A DNA stretch of 64,000 nucleotides from Alphaproteobacteria bacterium (GTDB lineage Bacteria; Pseudomonadota; Alphaproteobacteria; GCA-2731375). This document shows positions 52,912 to 64,000 of this stretch, piece after piece. Positions within the stretch are counted from its first letter, which is position 1, and each line of letters begins with the position of its first letter. The position numbers and the translations under genes were made by a program. The notes under the pieces are model-generated. The model did no database searches, was not told the DNA's origin, and was given only the letters and a program-made list of their open reading frames with translations. The stretch spans positions 128,001 through 192,000 of the forward strand of contig CBDDBZ010000032.1 in the NCBI GenBank assembly GCA_965225945.1, in the 5' to 3' direction.

Positions 52912-53595
52912 ATGGCACTGTTGGGCGCCGGCGTCGCGGCGATCTGGCACAATGTCGCGAAGGAGTCACAGGCCGATTACAACCATTGGCACTGCCACGA
53001 GCACATGGCGGAGCGGGTCGGGATCCCGGGCTTTCGGCGCGGCCGGCGCTATGTGGCGATCGAGGGCGAGCCGGAATTCTTCCATTTTTACGAAACGGAA
53101 TCGCTGGCGACGCTGACCTCGCCCGCCTATCTCGCGCGGCTCGACGATCCGACACCCTGGACTCAGGCAATCGGTCCCCTCATACGCGACAACAACCGCA
53201 CCCTCTCGCAGGTCGTGGCGAGCCGGGGCGTTGGCGTCGGCGCGGCGATCCTGACCGGACGATTCACAGCCCTGGAAGGCCGGGCGGAGGACGCGCGCGC
53301 CTGGCTTGGCGACGATCTCTTCCCCGCGCTCGTGCAGGGCCCGGGTGTCGTGGCGGCACACCTGCTCAGGGGCGATCAAGAGTCGAGCACCGTCGCCAGC
53401 GAGGAGAAGGCAATGCGTGAAGCCCCCGACGACGTCGCCGATTGGGTGTTCCTGATCGAGGCCTTGGAGCCCGACGCGCTGGCGCCGCTCCGCGACGGCG
53501 CCTTCGCCGAGACCGCCCGGGCCAGCCGAGGCATCGGCGCCTGCCATATGGGCCTCTACCGCCTGCACTTCGTGCTCTCCGAGAGCGAGCTGTAG
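52912..53595 (+). CDS. hypothetical protein (DUF4286/EthD-like dimeric alpha+beta barrel)
   Basis: YNHWHCHEHMAERVGIPGFRRGRRY and YLARLDDPTPWT. Confidence 0.7.
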   Translation: MALLGAGVAAIWHNVAKESQADYNHWHCHEHMAERVGIPGFRRGRRYVAIEGEPEFFHFYETESLATLTSPAYLARLDDPTPWTQAIGPLIRDNNRTLSQVVASRGVGVGAAILTGRFTALEGRAEDARAWLGDDLFPALVQGPGVVAAHLLRGDQESSTVASEEKAMREAPDDVADWVFLIEALEPDALAPLRDGAFAETARASRGIGACHMGLYRLHFVLSESEL

Positions 53596-53617
53596 CGCCG
53601 AGGGCCGAGTCAGCCAC

Positions 53618-54982
53618 TCAATAGGCCCGTTCGCTATAGACCGGGTCGACCGAGCCGGCCCAGGGGCCGTCGAAGAGTTCCAGCAGGACCTCCGCCTGGG
53701 TGCGGCGCTCGGCGATGATGGGCTCCAGCGGCTCCAGATACTGGGTCTCGTCCAGCCCGCTCGAGGAGAGGTGGCCGCGGGCCCGGAGCCCGGCCCGGGC
53801 GAGCGCCAGAACCTCCGCCGCGATGTCGCCCACGGCGCCGCCCCGGAACGGGGTGGCGAGCGCCTGTTTCGGCGTCTCGACGCGGAGGTATTCCCGCTCT
53901 TCCGCCGTCCAGTCCTTGACCAGGTCCCAGGCCGCGGCAAGCGTCGGTGGATCGTAGAGCAGCCCGACCCAGAGCGCCGGCAGCGCGCAGAGCTGGCCCC
54001 AGGGCCCCGCGTCGGCGCCGCGCATCTCCAGGTAGCGCTTCAACCTGACCTCGGGGAAGATGGTCGTCAGGTGATCCTCCCAGTCCGCCAGGCTCGGCCG
54101 TTCGCCCGGCAGGGCCGGCAGACGGCCGGCCAGGAAGTCGCGGAAGGACTGGCCGGAGGCATCGATATAGGTGGCGTCGCGGTAAACGAAATACATCGGC
54201 ACGTCGAGCGCGTATTCGACATAGGCCTCGAAGCCGAAACCTTGCTCGAAGACGAAGGGCAGCATGCCGCAGCGATCGGGATCGGTGTCGGTCCAGATCA
54301 TGGAGCGGAAGCTGAGATAGCCGTTCGGCCGGTTCTCGGTGAAGGGGGAGTTGGCGAAGATCGCCGTGGCGATCGGCTGCAGGGCCAGCGAGGCGCGGAG
54401 CTTGAGCACCATGTCCGCTTCCGATTCGAAGTCGAGATTGACCTGGACGGTACAGCTCCGGAGCATCATGTCGAGGCCGTGGCCGCCCTTGCTCGGCATG
54501 TAGCGGCGCATGATGTCGTAGCGCCCCTTGGGCATCACGAAGACATCCTCGCGCTGCCACTTCGGGTTGAAGCCGAGGCCGAGGAAGCCGATCCCCAACT
54601 CCCCGGCCACCTCGCGCACCTGGGCGAGATGGACGTGGACCTCGTCGCAGGTCTCGTGCAGCGTCGCGAGGGGGGCGCCCGAGAGCTCGAACTGACCGCC
54701 CGGCTCCAACGAGACCGAGGCGCCGTCCTGGCTCAAGGCGATGACGTTGCCCTGCTCCGTGACCGGTGCCCAGCCGAACCTTCGCAGGCCTTCGAGCATG
54801 GCGCGGACGCCATGGTCCCCATCATAGGGAATGGGGCGGAGCGTTGCCAAATCGAAGCCGAATTTCTCGTGCTCGGAGCCGATCCGCCACTCGGCGCGAG
54901 GCGTGACGCCGGCCTCGATATAAGCGACGAGTTCGCGCACATCCTCGATCGCCGGCGCGGGGGCCTCCGCGAATTCCGCCAT
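53618..54982 (-). CDS. gshA: glutamate--cysteine ligase (alphaproteobacterial/plant type)
   Basis: [36 protein letters not shown] and [16 protein letters not shown]. Confidence 0.95.
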   Translation of the reverse strand: MAEFAEAPAPAIEDVRELVAYIEAGVTPRAEWRIGSEHEKFGFDLATLRPIPYDGDHGVRAMLEGLRRFGWAPVTEQGNVIALSQDGASVSLEPGGQFELSGAPLATLHETCDEVHVHLAQVREVAGELGIGFLGLGFNPKWQREDVFVMPKGRYDIMRRYMPSKGGHGLDMMLRSCTVQVNLDFESEADMVLKLRASLALQPIATAIFANSPFTENRPNGYLSFRSMIWTDTDPDRCGMLPFVFEQGFGFEAYVEYALDVPMYFVYRDATYIDASGQSFRDFLAGRLPALPGERPSLADWEDHLTTIFPEVRLKRYLEMRGADAGPWGQLCALPALWVGLLYDPPTLAAAWDLVKDWTAEEREYLRVETPKQALATPFRGGAVGDIAAEVLALARAGLRARGHLSSSGLDETQYLEPLEPIIAERRTQAEVLLELFDGPWAGSVDPVYSERAY

Positions 54983-55120
54983 GCGAGTTGCCTCGTCCTC
55001 AACGTCGCGCGGCGACGCGGCCCCCAAACTCGCGCGCGCCTTCACGCCGCCCGGACGATACGGGCAACGTCGCCCGGCGCGCAAGCCCCGCGACCCGCGT
55101 GGCTGGCATTGCGAGCGGAC

Positions 55121-55135
55121 GCGACAAATCGCCCC
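55121..55135. promoter_or_regulatory. possible RegA/RegR-type box between gshA and the cytochrome c gene
   Basis: GCGAC-AAATC-GCCCC has one mismatch to GCGAC-N5-GCCGC. Weak evidence in GC-rich DNA. Confidence 0.25.
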
Positions 55136-55213
55136 GAAACGAGAAAATTCACTGCTTGCGGGCGGCTCGACGAAGCGGCTAAATTCGCCCGCGCAATTCG
55201 CGGGAGCCTGTCG

Positions 55214-55756
55214 ATGGACCTCTTCGAAGCCAACAAATTCCTCGGCGCGTTGTTGGGTGCCGGCCTGCTGGTGATGCTGATCAACGAGGTGGGGAATTTC
55301 GTCGTCCATTCGAGCGTGCCCGCCGAGACGGCGATCGCCGTCGAGACGCCCGAGGCACCAGCCGAGAAGGCGGCCGAGGCCCCGGCGAAGGCGCCGGAGA
55401 TGTCGGCCGTCCGGATGATTGCCAGCGCCGATATCGCGGCTGGCCAGAAGGTGGCCAAGAAGTGCGTAGCCTGTCACACCTTCGACAAGGGCGGAAAGAA
55501 GAAGAGCGGCCCCAACCTCTGGGGCGTGATCGGCCGGGCCAAGGCCGGAAGCGCCGGCTTCCGCTATTCGAGCGCGCTGAAGGGCCTCGGCGGCGCGTGG
55601 AGCTACGCCGACCTGAACGCCTTCCTGATCAGTCCCAAGAAATATGCCAAGGGCACCAAAATGACCTTCGCCGGACTCAAGCGACCCGGCGATCGGGCGG
55701 CCCTCCTCGCCTATCTCCGCCAGGAGCACGACAGCCCGCCGGAAATGCCCGAATAG
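55214..55756 (+). CDS. cycM: membrane-anchored cytochrome c (CycM/c552-like)
   Basis: N-terminal anchor [14 protein letters not shown], heme motif CVACH, GPNLWG and GTKMTFAG. Confidence 0.88.
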   Translation: MDLFEANKFLGALLGAGLLVMLINEVGNFVVHSSVPAETAIAVETPEAPAEKAAEAPAKAPEMSAVRMIASADIAAGQKVAKKCVACHTFDKGGKKKSGPNLWGVIGRAKAGSAGFRYSSALKGLGGAWSYADLNAFLISPKKYAKGTKMTFAGLKRPGDRAALLAYLRQEHDSPPEMPE

Positions 55757-55779
55757 CCGGCGTCCGAGGGCCGCTTCGC

Positions 55780-56577
55780 ATGGACTGCCCGGCCGAATTC
55801 CTCGACCTCGCCCAGCGTCTGGCGAACGCCGCCGGGGCCCGGATTCGGACCCATTTCCGCCAACCCATCGCTCTCGAGCACAAGGCGGACGGTAGCTTCG
55901 TCACCATCGCCGATTCCGAGGCGGAGGCGGCGATGCGCGAGATCCTGATGCGCGAGGTGCCCGAGCACGGCATCGAGGGGGAGGAATACGGCATCCACAA
56001 CCCGCAAGCCGAGTGGATTTGGCGGCTGGACCCGATCGACGGCACCAACTCGTTCCTTTCCGGCTCCCCCCTCTTCACCACGCTGATCGCCCTGGTGCAC
56101 CGGGACCGCGCCGTCCTGGGGCTGATCGACCAGCCGATCTTGGGCGAGCGCTGGCTGGCCCACGGCAAGGTGGCGACGACGCTCAACGGCGTGCCCCAGC
56201 AATGCCGCGAATGCGCCTCCCTCGCCGAGGCCATCCACTACACCACCGGCCCGCGCTATTTCGAGGGCGGCCACGAGGCGGCCCTGCAGGCGCTGCTGGA
56301 GGGCACGGCGCTCACCCGTTTCAGCGCCGACGCCTATGCCATCGGCCTGCTGGTCGGCGGCCACTGCGACGTGGTGGTCGAACGTGGCCTCGACCCGCAC
56401 GACTATGCCGCGGCCGTGCCGATCGTCGAAAACGCCGGCGGCGCCTGCGCCAACTGGCGCGGCCAACGCCACGACATGCACAGCGGCGACGACCTGCTGG
56501 CCGTGGGCGACGCCCGGCTGATGCAGCCCGTGCTCGAACTGTTGAACGGGCGGGCGGTTGCTTGGCCGGCGAACTAG
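55780..56577 (+). CDS. hisN: inositol monophosphatase family protein, probable histidinol-phosphatase
   Basis: [30 protein letters not shown] and HDYAA. Confidence 0.78.
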   Translation: MDCPAEFLDLAQRLANAAGARIRTHFRQPIALEHKADGSFVTIADSEAEAAMREILMREVPEHGIEGEEYGIHNPQAEWIWRLDPIDGTNSFLSGSPLFTTLIALVHRDRAVLGLIDQPILGERWLAHGKVATTLNGVPQQCRECASLAEAIHYTTGPRYFEGGHEAALQALLEGTALTRFSADAYAIGLLVGGHCDVVVERGLDPHDYAAAVPIVENAGGACANWRGQRHDMHSGDDLLAVGDARLMQPVLELLNGRAVAWPAN

Positions 56578-56620
56578 GCTACATCATGGGTTCGCCTTGA
56601 CCATTTGGGGACGGTCCGCC

Positions 56621-58444
56621 ATGCGCTTCGCGACTTGCCTGCTGCTCGCCCTCGGGCTCAGCCCCACCGTCCTGGCCGGCGAGACCCGAACGATGCACGG
56701 CATGTCGCTCTTCGGCAGCCTCAAGTACCCGGCCGACTTTCGCCATTACGACTATGTCGATCCGAAGGCGCCCAAGGGCGGCGAGGTGCGCCAGGCGGCG
56801 ATCGGGACGTTCGATTCGTTGAATCAGTTCATCATCAAGGGTTCGCCCGCGGCGAGCCTGGGGCTGATCTACGACACCTTGATGGATGACGCCCGGGACG
56901 AGCCGGCGAGCGAATACGGCCGATTGGCGGAAAGCGTGGAGGTCCCGGACGATCTCTCTTGGGTCGCCTTCACGCTCAGCGAGGAGGCGCGCTGGCACGA
57001 CGGCCAGCCGATCACCCCGGCGGACGTCATATTCACCTTCGAATTGTTGAAGAAGAAGGGGACACCCGGCTTTCGCTATTATTACGCCAACGTCATGAAA
57101 CCCGAGGCGACGGGCCCGCGGACCGTGAAATTCAGCTTCACCGGACCGAAGAACCGTGAGCTGCCGCAGATCGTGGGCCAGATGACGGTGCTGCCGAAAC
57201 ACTACTGGGAAGGCCGCGACTTCGAGGCGACGACTCTCGAGCCGCCACTCGGCAGCGGACCGTACCGGATCGACGGTTTCGAGGCCGGCCGCTGGATCCG
57301 CTATGCCCGGGTGGAGGACTACTGGGCGCGCGACCTGCCGACGATGAAGGGACGGTACAACTTCGACAGCTATCGGATCGACTACTACCGCGAGGATCAG
57401 ATCGCGCTCGAGTCTTTCAAGGCGCGCGGCTTCGATTTCCGCATGGAGAACAACTCCAAGCTCTGGGCCACGAGCTACCGGTTTCCCGCCGTCGAGGACG
57501 GCCGGGTGGTGACGGAGCTGCTCGACCACGAATTGCCGAGCGGCATGCAGGGCTTCGTCTTCAATCTCAGGCGGGCCAAGTTCCGAAGTCCCCAGCTTCG
57601 CCGGGCGCTGGCCCATGCCTTCGATTTCGAGTGGTCGAACCGGACTCTCTTCTATGGTCAGTACACCCGCTCGACCAGCTACTTCTCGAACTCGGACCTC
57701 GCCGCGACGGGCTTGCCGAGCGAAGCGGAGCTCGCCCTGCTGGAACCGCTTCGCGGGCGGATTCCGGACGAAGTCTTCACCGAGACCTACGCGCCGCCGA
57801 AGTCCGACGGCTCCGGCAACATCCGCGCTCAGTTGCGGCAGGCGACGCGGCTGCTGAAGAGCGCCGGCTTCGAGATCCGGGATGGCAAGCTGATCGAGCC
57901 GACGAGCGGCAAGCCGTTCACGATGGAAATCCTGCTCGGCTCGCCCGCGTTCCAGCGCGTGGTCGCGCCGATGGTGGAGAACTTGCGCCGTCTCGGTGTC
58001 GAGGCCAGCATTCGCGTGGTCGATTCCGCCCAGTATCGGCGGCGTCTGGACACCTTCGATTTCGACATGATCGTCTCCACTTTCGGCCAGTCGCTGTCGC
58101 CCGGCAACGAGCAGCGCAACTACTGGGGCTCGGCATCGGCCGACCGCAAGGGGAGCTTCAACTACATCGGCATCAAGGATCCGGCGATCGACGAGCTGAT
58201 CGACCACGTCATTTTCGCCGAGGACCGGGCGACGCTGATCGCGGCCTGCCGGGCGCTGGACCGGGTCCTGCTCTGGGGCCATTACGTCATCCCCAACTGG
58301 CATATCCGGAGCTTCCGGGTCGCCTATTGGAACCGCTTCGCCCGGCCGGCGATCCGACCGAAATACGGTCTCGGCTTCTTCGATACCTGGTGGATCGACC
58401 CGGCGAAGGAGGCGGCGATGCAGGCCGAGGGGACGAGGAAATAG
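56621..58444 (+). CDS. yejA: YejA-like ABC peptide-binding protein (copy 1)
   Basis: Signal peptide, KYPADF..YVDPKAPKGG, GTFDSLN, PLGSGPY, FDFEWSN, SLSPGNEQ and DTWW. Confidence 0.88.
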   Translation: MRFATCLLLALGLSPTVLAGETRTMHGMSLFGSLKYPADFRHYDYVDPKAPKGGEVRQAAIGTFDSLNQFIIKGSPAASLGLIYDTLMDDARDEPASEYGRLAESVEVPDDLSWVAFTLSEEARWHDGQPITPADVIFTFELLKKKGTPGFRYYYANVMKPEATGPRTVKFSFTGPKNRELPQIVGQMTVLPKHYWEGRDFEATTLEPPLGSGPYRIDGFEAGRWIRYARVEDYWARDLPTMKGRYNFDSYRIDYYREDQIALESFKARGFDFRMENNSKLWATSYRFPAVEDGRVVTELLDHELPSGMQGFVFNLRRAKFRSPQLRRALAHAFDFEWSNRTLFYGQYTRSTSYFSNSDLAATGLPSEAELALLEPLRGRIPDEVFTETYAPPKSDGSGNIRAQLRQATRLLKSAGFEIRDGKLIEPTSGKPFTMEILLGSPAFQRVVAPMVENLRRLGVEASIRVVDSAQYRRRLDTFDFDMIVSTFGQSLSPGNEQRNYWGSASADRKGSFNYIGIKDPAIDELIDHVIFAEDRATLIAACRALDRVLLWGHYVIPNWHIRSFRVAYWNRFARPAIRPKYGLGFFDTWWIDPAKEAAMQAEGTRK

Positions 58445-58476
58445 CGGGGGCGCGTGGATTCGTGAGGATCGGGGCG

Positions 58477-60318
58477 ATGCGACATGGAATCGTCGGCGCG
58501 GCACTGGCCTGCGTCCTGAGCCTCGGCGCCGGCGCCGAGGAGCGCCACGGCTTCGCGATCCTGGGCACGCTGAAATACGGCCCCGACTTTAAGCATTTCG
58601 ACTATGTCGATCCGCAGGCGCCGAAGGGCGGCACGGTTCGACTCTGGTTCCAGGGCACGTTCGATTCGCTCAACCCCTTCATCCTGAAAGGGGTGCCCGC
58701 GGCGGGCCACAACCCTTTTGCCCCTTCCGGCGGCTTCCTGCTGCCGTTCGAGAACCTGATGGTAGCCTCCGCGGACGAGCCGGATTCGTACTATGGCCTG
58801 GTGGCTCGTTCGGTCGAACTGCCGCCATCGCGCGAGTGGGTGGCGTTCCGCCTTCGCCCGGAGGCGCGCTTCCACGACGGCAGCCGAATCACGGCGGAAG
58901 ACGTGGTTTTCTCGTTCGAAACGCTCAAGACCAACAAGTTCGCCAATCCGAACTACCGCGTGCTCTATGAAGACATCGTCGAGGCGCGGGCGCTTGCCCC
59001 CGATCACGTCCGTTTCACCTTCAAGGCCGGCGCGGTGACCCGCGATCTGGCGAGCCACGTCGCCGTCATGCCGATTCTTTCCAAGGCCTACTACGTTCAG
59101 CACGACTTCGCGAAGGCGAGCCTGGAAGTGCCGCTGTCGAGCGGACCCTACGAGGTCGAGTTGGTCGATCCCGGCCGTTCCATCACCTATCGCCGGGTCA
59201 AGGACCATTGGGCCAAGGACCTTCCCGCCTACCGCGGCCGCTACAACTTCGATCGCCTACAATGGATCTATTTCCGCGAGCGGACGATCGGCCTGCAGGC
59301 GCTCTTCGCCGGCAAGTTGGATTTCCGCGAGGAGTTCACCTCGCGCGACTGGGCCACGCGCTACGACGTGCCGGCGGTGAAGGACGGGCGGATCATCCGC
59401 GAGCTGGTAGCCGACGAGACGCCGTCGGGAAGCCAGGCCTTCTTCCTCAATACCCGGCGAGAGAAGTTCAAGGACCGCCGGGTGCGCAAGGCCCTGGGCC
59501 TGGTCTTCGATTTCGAGTGGACCAACGAGACGATCTTCCATGACGCCTATCTACGCACCAGGTCGATCTTCGAGAATTCCGAGCTCGCGGCCCGCGCCGC
59601 GCCGACGCCGGCGGAGCTGGAACTGCTGAAGCCGGCCCGGGGTAAACTGCCGGATGCCGCCTTCGAGAAACCTTTCCTGCCGCCGGTGAACGGCGGCGTC
59701 CGCGCGCTGCGTCCGAATTTGCGCGCGGCGCGACGGCTGCTGGAAGAAGCCGGCTGGCGCATCGTCGACAAGTTGCTCGTCGATCGTGAGGGAAACCATT
59801 TCCGCATCGAGTTCCTCTCCTTCCTCCAGGGCTTCGAGCGAATCGTCCTGCCCTATACCGAGAACCTGCGTCGGCTCGGCATTGAGGCGACGTTTCGCCT
59901 GGTTGAACCTTCGCAATACCAGCGCCGGCTCATCACCTTCGACTATGACGTCGTCACCTCTCGCTTCGTCAGCTCGCTCACCCCCGGGGTGGGCTTGCGC
60001 AATTTTTGGAGCAGCACATCGGCGAGGGCCGAGGGAAGTCGCAATTTGGCCGGCGTCGCCGATCCGGTGATCGATTCGCTGGTGGAAAACGTCATCGCCG
60101 CGCGCAATCGCGACGAGTTGCGGGTCGCGACCCGGGCGCTCGACCGCATGGTGATGTGGAACCACTATCTGGTGCCGCAGTGGTATCTGGCGAGCCATCG
60201 GATCGCCTATTGGGATGTCTTCGGCCGGCCCGAGAGCAAGCCGAAATACGCCCTCGGCTTCCTCGACACCTGGTGGATCGACCCGGCCAAGCGGGCCCGG
60301 ATCGAGGCAAGCCGATGA
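58477..60318 (+). CDS. yejA: YejA-like ABC peptide-binding protein (copy 2)
   Basis: KYGPDFKHFDYVDPQAPKGG, GTFDSLNPF, FDFEWTN and DTWWIDP. Confidence 0.86.
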   Translation: MRHGIVGAALACVLSLGAGAEERHGFAILGTLKYGPDFKHFDYVDPQAPKGGTVRLWFQGTFDSLNPFILKGVPAAGHNPFAPSGGFLLPFENLMVASADEPDSYYGLVARSVELPPSREWVAFRLRPEARFHDGSRITAEDVVFSFETLKTNKFANPNYRVLYEDIVEARALAPDHVRFTFKAGAVTRDLASHVAVMPILSKAYYVQHDFAKASLEVPLSSGPYEVELVDPGRSITYRRVKDHWAKDLPAYRGRYNFDRLQWIYFRERTIGLQALFAGKLDFREEFTSRDWATRYDVPAVKDGRIIRELVADETPSGSQAFFLNTRREKFKDRRVRKALGLVFDFEWTNETIFHDAYLRTRSIFENSELAARAAPTPAELELLKPARGKLPDAAFEKPFLPPVNGGVRALRPNLRAARRLLEEAGWRIVDKLLVDREGNHFRIEFLSFLQGFERIVLPYTENLRRLGIEATFRLVEPSQYQRRLITFDYDVVTSRFVSSLTPGVGLRNFWSSTSARAEGSRNLAGVADPVIDSLVENVIAARNRDELRVATRALDRMVMWNHYLVPQWYLASHRIAYWDVFGRPESKPKYALGFLDTWWIDPAKRARIEASR

Positions 60319-60352
60319 AGCGACGCGGCCGGGGGCCGAGGGAGCAAGCGCC

Positions 60353-61471
60353 ATGATGGCCTACGTCATCCGTCGCCTGCTGCTGATGATCCCGACCATC
60401 TTCGGGATCATGCTGGTCAACTTCGTGGTCTTGCAGTTCCTGCCGGGCGGCCCGGTGGAACAAGTGATCGCGCAGTTGACCGGCACCGCCGTCGACGTCA
60501 CCGCACGCTACGGCGGGGGAACCGGCGGGGAGATCGACACCAGCGGCCAGGCCGGCAGCGCCGGCGTCGGCGCGGGCCAGATCAACAGCAAGTATCGTGG
60601 CTCCCAGGGCCTCGACCCCGAGCTGCTGCGCGACCTGGAGCGCCAGTTTGGTCTCGACAAGCCGGCGCACGAGCGCTTCGTCACCATGATCGGCAACTAT
60701 CTGCGCTTCGATTTCGGCGAGAGTTTCTTCCGCGATCGGGAGGTCGTCGATCTGGTGATCGACAAACTGCCGGTATCGATCTCGCTGGGGCTGTGGACCA
60801 CGCTGCTGGCCTATCTGATCTCGATCCCGCTCGGCGTCGCCAAGGCGTTGCGGGACGGGTCCAGGTTCGACGTCTGGACCTCGGGCGTGGTCGTCGTCGG
60901 CAACGCCATCCCCGGCTTCCTCTTCGCCGTCTTCTTGATCGTGCTGTTCTCCGGCGGCACCTTCTGGGACGTCTTCCCGCTCCGCGGTCTCACCTCGGAC
61001 AATTGGGAGGAGTTGAGCTGGCCGGCCCGGATCGTCGACTATTTCTGGCACATCACGCTGCCGATTCTCGCTCTCGCGATCGGCGGATTCGCGACCCTGA
61101 CCATGCTGACCAAGAACTCTTTCCTCGACGAGATCTCCAAGCAATACGTGGTGACCGCCCGGGCCAAGGGGTTGAACGAGAACCGCGTGCTTTACGGCCA
61201 CGTCTTCCGCAACGCCATGCTGATCGTAATCGCCGGCTTTCCGGGCGCCTTCGTCAGCGTCTTCTTCACCGGTTCGCTGTTGATCGAAACGATCTTCTCG
61301 CTCGACGGGCTGGGGCTGCTCGCCTTCGAGGCGGTGCTCAATCGCGACTACCCGATCGTCCTCGGCACCCTCTACGTCTTCACCCTGATGGGGCTGGTGA
61401 TCCATCTGATCGGCGATCTCACCTATATGGTGATCGATTCCCGGATCGATTTCGAGAGCCGGGAGGTCTGA
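60353..61471 (+). CDS. yejB: ABC permease YejB
   Basis: RRLLLMIPT, PGGPVEQ, TKNSFLDEI, TARAKGL and RIDFESR. Confidence 0.92.
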   Translation: MMAYVIRRLLLMIPTIFGIMLVNFVVLQFLPGGPVEQVIAQLTGTAVDVTARYGGGTGGEIDTSGQAGSAGVGAGQINSKYRGSQGLDPELLRDLERQFGLDKPAHERFVTMIGNYLRFDFGESFFRDREVVDLVIDKLPVSISLGLWTTLLAYLISIPLGVAKALRDGSRFDVWTSGVVVVGNAIPGFLFAVFLIVLFSGGTFWDVFPLRGLTSDNWEELSWPARIVDYFWHITLPILALAIGGFATLTMLTKNSFLDEISKQYVVTARAKGLNENRVLYGHVFRNAMLIVIAGFPGAFVSVFFTGSLLIETIFSLDGLGLLAFEAVLNRDYPIVLGTLYVFTLMGLVIHLIGDLTYMVIDSRIDFESREV

Positions 61472-61476
61472 GGCGG

Positions 61477-62598
61477 ATGGCTGCGCCGAATCGCTTCCTC
61501 GGCATGCGGATCACGCCGCTGACGCGCCGGCGGCTGGGGAATTTCCGCGCCAACAAGCGCGGCTACTGGTCGGCGGTGATCTTCACCTGCCTCTTCGTCC
61601 TCAGCCTGTTCGCCGAATTTATCGCCAACGACAAGCCGATCCTGGCGCGTTACGACGGCGCCTTCTACATGCCCGTGCTGGTCGCCTATCCCGAGACCGA
61701 TTTCGGCGGCGAGTTCGAGACCGAGGCCGACTACCGCGATCCCTTCGTCCAGGAGCTGATCGAGGAGAAGGGCTGGATGGTCTGGCCGCCGATCCGCTTC
61801 CACTACCGCACCCACGTGAAGGAGGGCCTGCCCACTCCGGCGCCCTCGCCGCCGACGGCACAAAACTGGCTCGGCACCGACGATCAAGCCCGCGACGTCG
61901 CCGCCCGGCTGATCTACGGCGTTCGCATATCGGTGCTGTTCGGCCTCATCCTCACCATCGTCAGCTCCGTCGTCGGCGTCACCGCCGGCGCGGTGCAGGG
62001 CTTCTTCGGCGGCTGGACCGACTTGTTGGGTCAGCGCGCCATCGAGATCTGGTCGGGAATGCCGGTGCTCTACATCCTGATCATCTTCTCGAGCCTGATC
62101 ATCCCCGGGTTCTGGACCCTGTTGATCATCATGCTGCTGTTCAGTTGGATGTCGCTGGTCGGCGTGGTCCGGGCGGAGTTTCTGCGGGCTCGCAACTTGG
62201 ACTATGTTCGCGCCGCCCGCGCGCTCGGCGTCTCCAACGCGGTGATCATGTTCAAGCATCTGCTGCCGAACGCCATGGTGGCCTCGCTCACCTTCCTGCC
62301 GTTCATCCTCTCCGGCTCGATCACGACGCTCACGGCGCTCGACTTTCTCGGCTTCGGCCTGCCGCCGGGCTCCGCTTCCCTCGGCGAGATGTTGCAGCAG
62401 GGCAAGGCCAACCTGCAGGCGCCTTGGCTCGGCATCACCTCCTTCGCCGCCATCTCGATCATGCTGACCCTGCTGATCTTCGTCTTCGAGGGCGTGCGCG
62501 ACGCCTTCGATCCGCGCAAGACCGTGATGGGGCCGGTCGTGGCGGAGGAAACCCGGCCGGGAACGGCGCCCGCCTCGGCGCCGGAGGCGGGGGAATGA
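61477..62598 (+). CDS. yejE: ABC permease YejE
   Basis: FRANKRGYWS, YPETDFGG, LGTDDQARDV and VRAEFLRAR. Confidence 0.92.
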   Translation: MAAPNRFLGMRITPLTRRRLGNFRANKRGYWSAVIFTCLFVLSLFAEFIANDKPILARYDGAFYMPVLVAYPETDFGGEFETEADYRDPFVQELIEEKGWMVWPPIRFHYRTHVKEGLPTPAPSPPTAQNWLGTDDQARDVAARLIYGVRISVLFGLILTIVSSVVGVTAGAVQGFFGGWTDLLGQRAIEIWSGMPVLYILIIFSSLIIPGFWTLLIIMLLFSWMSLVGVVRAEFLRARNLDYVRAARALGVSNAVIMFKHLLPNAMVASLTFLPFILSGSITTLTALDFLGFGLPPGSASLGEMLQQGKANLQAPWLGITSFAAISIMLTLLIFVFEGVRDAFDPRKTVMGPVVAEETRPGTAPASAPEAGE

Positions 62599-64000
62599 GC
62601 GCGCCGCTGCTGGAGATTTCCGGCCTCCGGGTCGCCTTCCGGGGCGAGGCCGGCTGGAACGAAGTGGTGCGCGGCGTCTCGCTCACCATCGAGGAGGGCC
62701 AGACCGTGGCACTCGTGGGCGAGAGCGGCTCCGGCAAGTCGGTGACGGCGCTCTCGGTTTTGCAACTGCTGCCGGCGGGTGTGGCCCGCCATCCGGGCGG
62801 CTCGGTCCGCTTCCAGGGTGAGGAGTTGCTCGGCGCCACGCCGGACACGCTGGCGGGAGTGCGCGGCAACCGGATCTCGATGATCTTTCAGGAGCCGATG
62901 ACCTCCCTCAACCCGTTGCACACGGTGGAGAAGCAGATCAACGAAGTCCTGCTGCTGCACAAGCGGATGAGCCAGGCCCGCGCGCGCGAGAGGACTCTCG
63001 AACTTCTGCGCATGGTCCGAATCCCCGATCCCGAACAGCGGCTACAGAGCTGGCCGCATCAGCTTTCGGGCGGCCAGCGCCAGCGGGTGATGATCGCGAT
63101 GGCGCTGGCCAACGAGCCCGACCTGTTGATCGCCGACGAGCCGACCACCGCTCTCGACGTCACCATCCAGGCACAGATCCTGCAATTGATGGCCGATCTG
63201 CAGCGCCAGTTGGGGATGGCGATGCTGCTGATCACCCACGACCTGGCCGTCGTGCGCAAGGTCGCCGAACGGGTCCACGTGATGACGGCCGGCGAGATCG
63301 TCGAGACCGGCGAGACCGCCCGGGTGTTCGCCGCGCCCAGCCACGACTACACCCGCCACCTGCTCCAGGCCGAGCCCCGGGGCACCCCGCGCGCGCCCGA
63401 GGCCGACGCGCCCGAGGTCGTCCGCGCCGAGGACGTCAAGGTGTATTTTCCGGTCAAACGCGGCGTCCTGCGGCGGACGGTCGACCATATCCGCGCCGTC
63501 GACGGGATCTCGCTCACGGCCCGCGCGGGCGAGACCGTCGGCGTCGTCGGCGAGAGCGGCTCGGGCAAAACCACGCTCGGCCTGGCACTCCTGCGGCTGA
63601 TTTCCAGCCAGGGCGAGATCCACTTCGGCCCGCATCGGCTCGATTTGATGAAGACGCGCGAGCTTCGCCCGCTCCGGCGCGAGATGCAGATCGTCTTTCA
63701 GGACCCCTACGGCTCGCTCTCTCCCCGCCTCTCGGTGCAGCAGATCGTAGAGGAAGGCCTGCGGGTACACGGCCTCGGCGGCGATTACGAGGCACGCCGG
63801 CGGCTCATAGCCGAGGCCTTGGCCGAGGTCGACCTGCCGGCCGAGGCGATGGATCGCTATCCGCACGAGTTTTCCGGCGGGCAGCGCCAGCGCATCGCGA
63901 TCGCCCGCGCGCTGGTCTTGAAACCCCGGTTCCTGGTGCTGGACGAACCCACCAGCGCCCTCGACATGTCGGTTCAGGCGCAGATCGTCGAGCTGCTAAG
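62595..64000 (+). CDS. yejF: ABC ATP-binding protein YejF (two NBDs), runs off the window
   Basis: ATG overlaps the yejE stop (ATGA). [16 protein letters not shown] and ADEPTTALD, then a second set [16 protein letters not shown] and LDEPTSALD. Confidence 0.9.
   Translation, partial: MSAPLLEISGLRVAFRGEAGWNEVVRGVSLTIEEGQTVALVGESGSGKSVTALSVLQLLPAGVARHPGGSVRFQGEELLGATPDTLAGVRGNRISMIFQEPMTSLNPLHTVEKQINEVLLLHKRMSQARARERTLELLRMVRIPDPEQRLQSWPHQLSGGQRQRVMIAMALANEPDLLIADEPTTALDVTIQAQILQLMADLQRQLGMAMLLITHDLAVVRKVAERVHVMTAGEIVETGETARVFAAPSHDYTRHLLQAEPRGTPRAPEADAPEVVRAEDVKVYFPVKRGVLRRTVDHIRAVDGISLTARAGETVGVVGESGSGKTTLGLALLRLISSQGEIHFGPHRLDLMKTRELRPLRREMQIVFQDPYGSLSPRLSVQQIVEEGLRVHGLGGDYEARRRLIAEALAEVDLPAEAMDRYPHEFSGGQRQRIAIARALVLKPRFLVLDEPTSALDMSVQAQIVELL

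Overview
High-GC (roughly 70%, estimated by eye) alphaproteobacterial chromosome segment, probably from a Rhodospirillales-like lineage; the FtsZ tail [15 protein letters not shown] and the ddl-ftsQ-ftsA-ftsZ order support this. From 1 to 26 kb it is an accessory/catabolic region. It holds an O-GlcNAc-transferase-like gene, a HAD hydrolase, an IRG1/ACOD1-like MmgE/PrpD protein coupled to acetoacetate-CoA ligase, an SDR, a cNMP-binding protein, an LLM monooxygenase and DUF971. A fused IS630/IS1595 remnant follows, then a two-gene type XI secretion-like locus: a lipoprotein with an Ig-like domain and a TbpB-like barrel, plus a frameshifted Slam translocon carrying a G13 tract. After that come a polysaccharide deacetylase, an amidohydrolase/ThDP-enzyme/glyoxalase/esterase cluster, YbhB, an orphan HerA-like ATPase, a CoA ligase, Skp and DUF2889-prpB-prpF. 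From 26 to 45 kb lies a complete dcw cluster (mraZ to ftsZ, no lpxC) with four MraZ boxes and an 80-bp tandem duplication at ftsL. From 45 to 64 kb are an IS110 scar, sucCDAB, a full-length IS630 with one nonsense codon, gshA, a cytochrome c, hisN and a yejA-yejA-B-E-F transporter. The best candidate for a new system is the Slam plus Ig-TbpB-barrel lipoprotein pair. Several indels fall in G runs and may be sequencing errors. No rRNA, tRNA or CRISPR array was seen. All family calls come from motif recognition by eye, not database searches.
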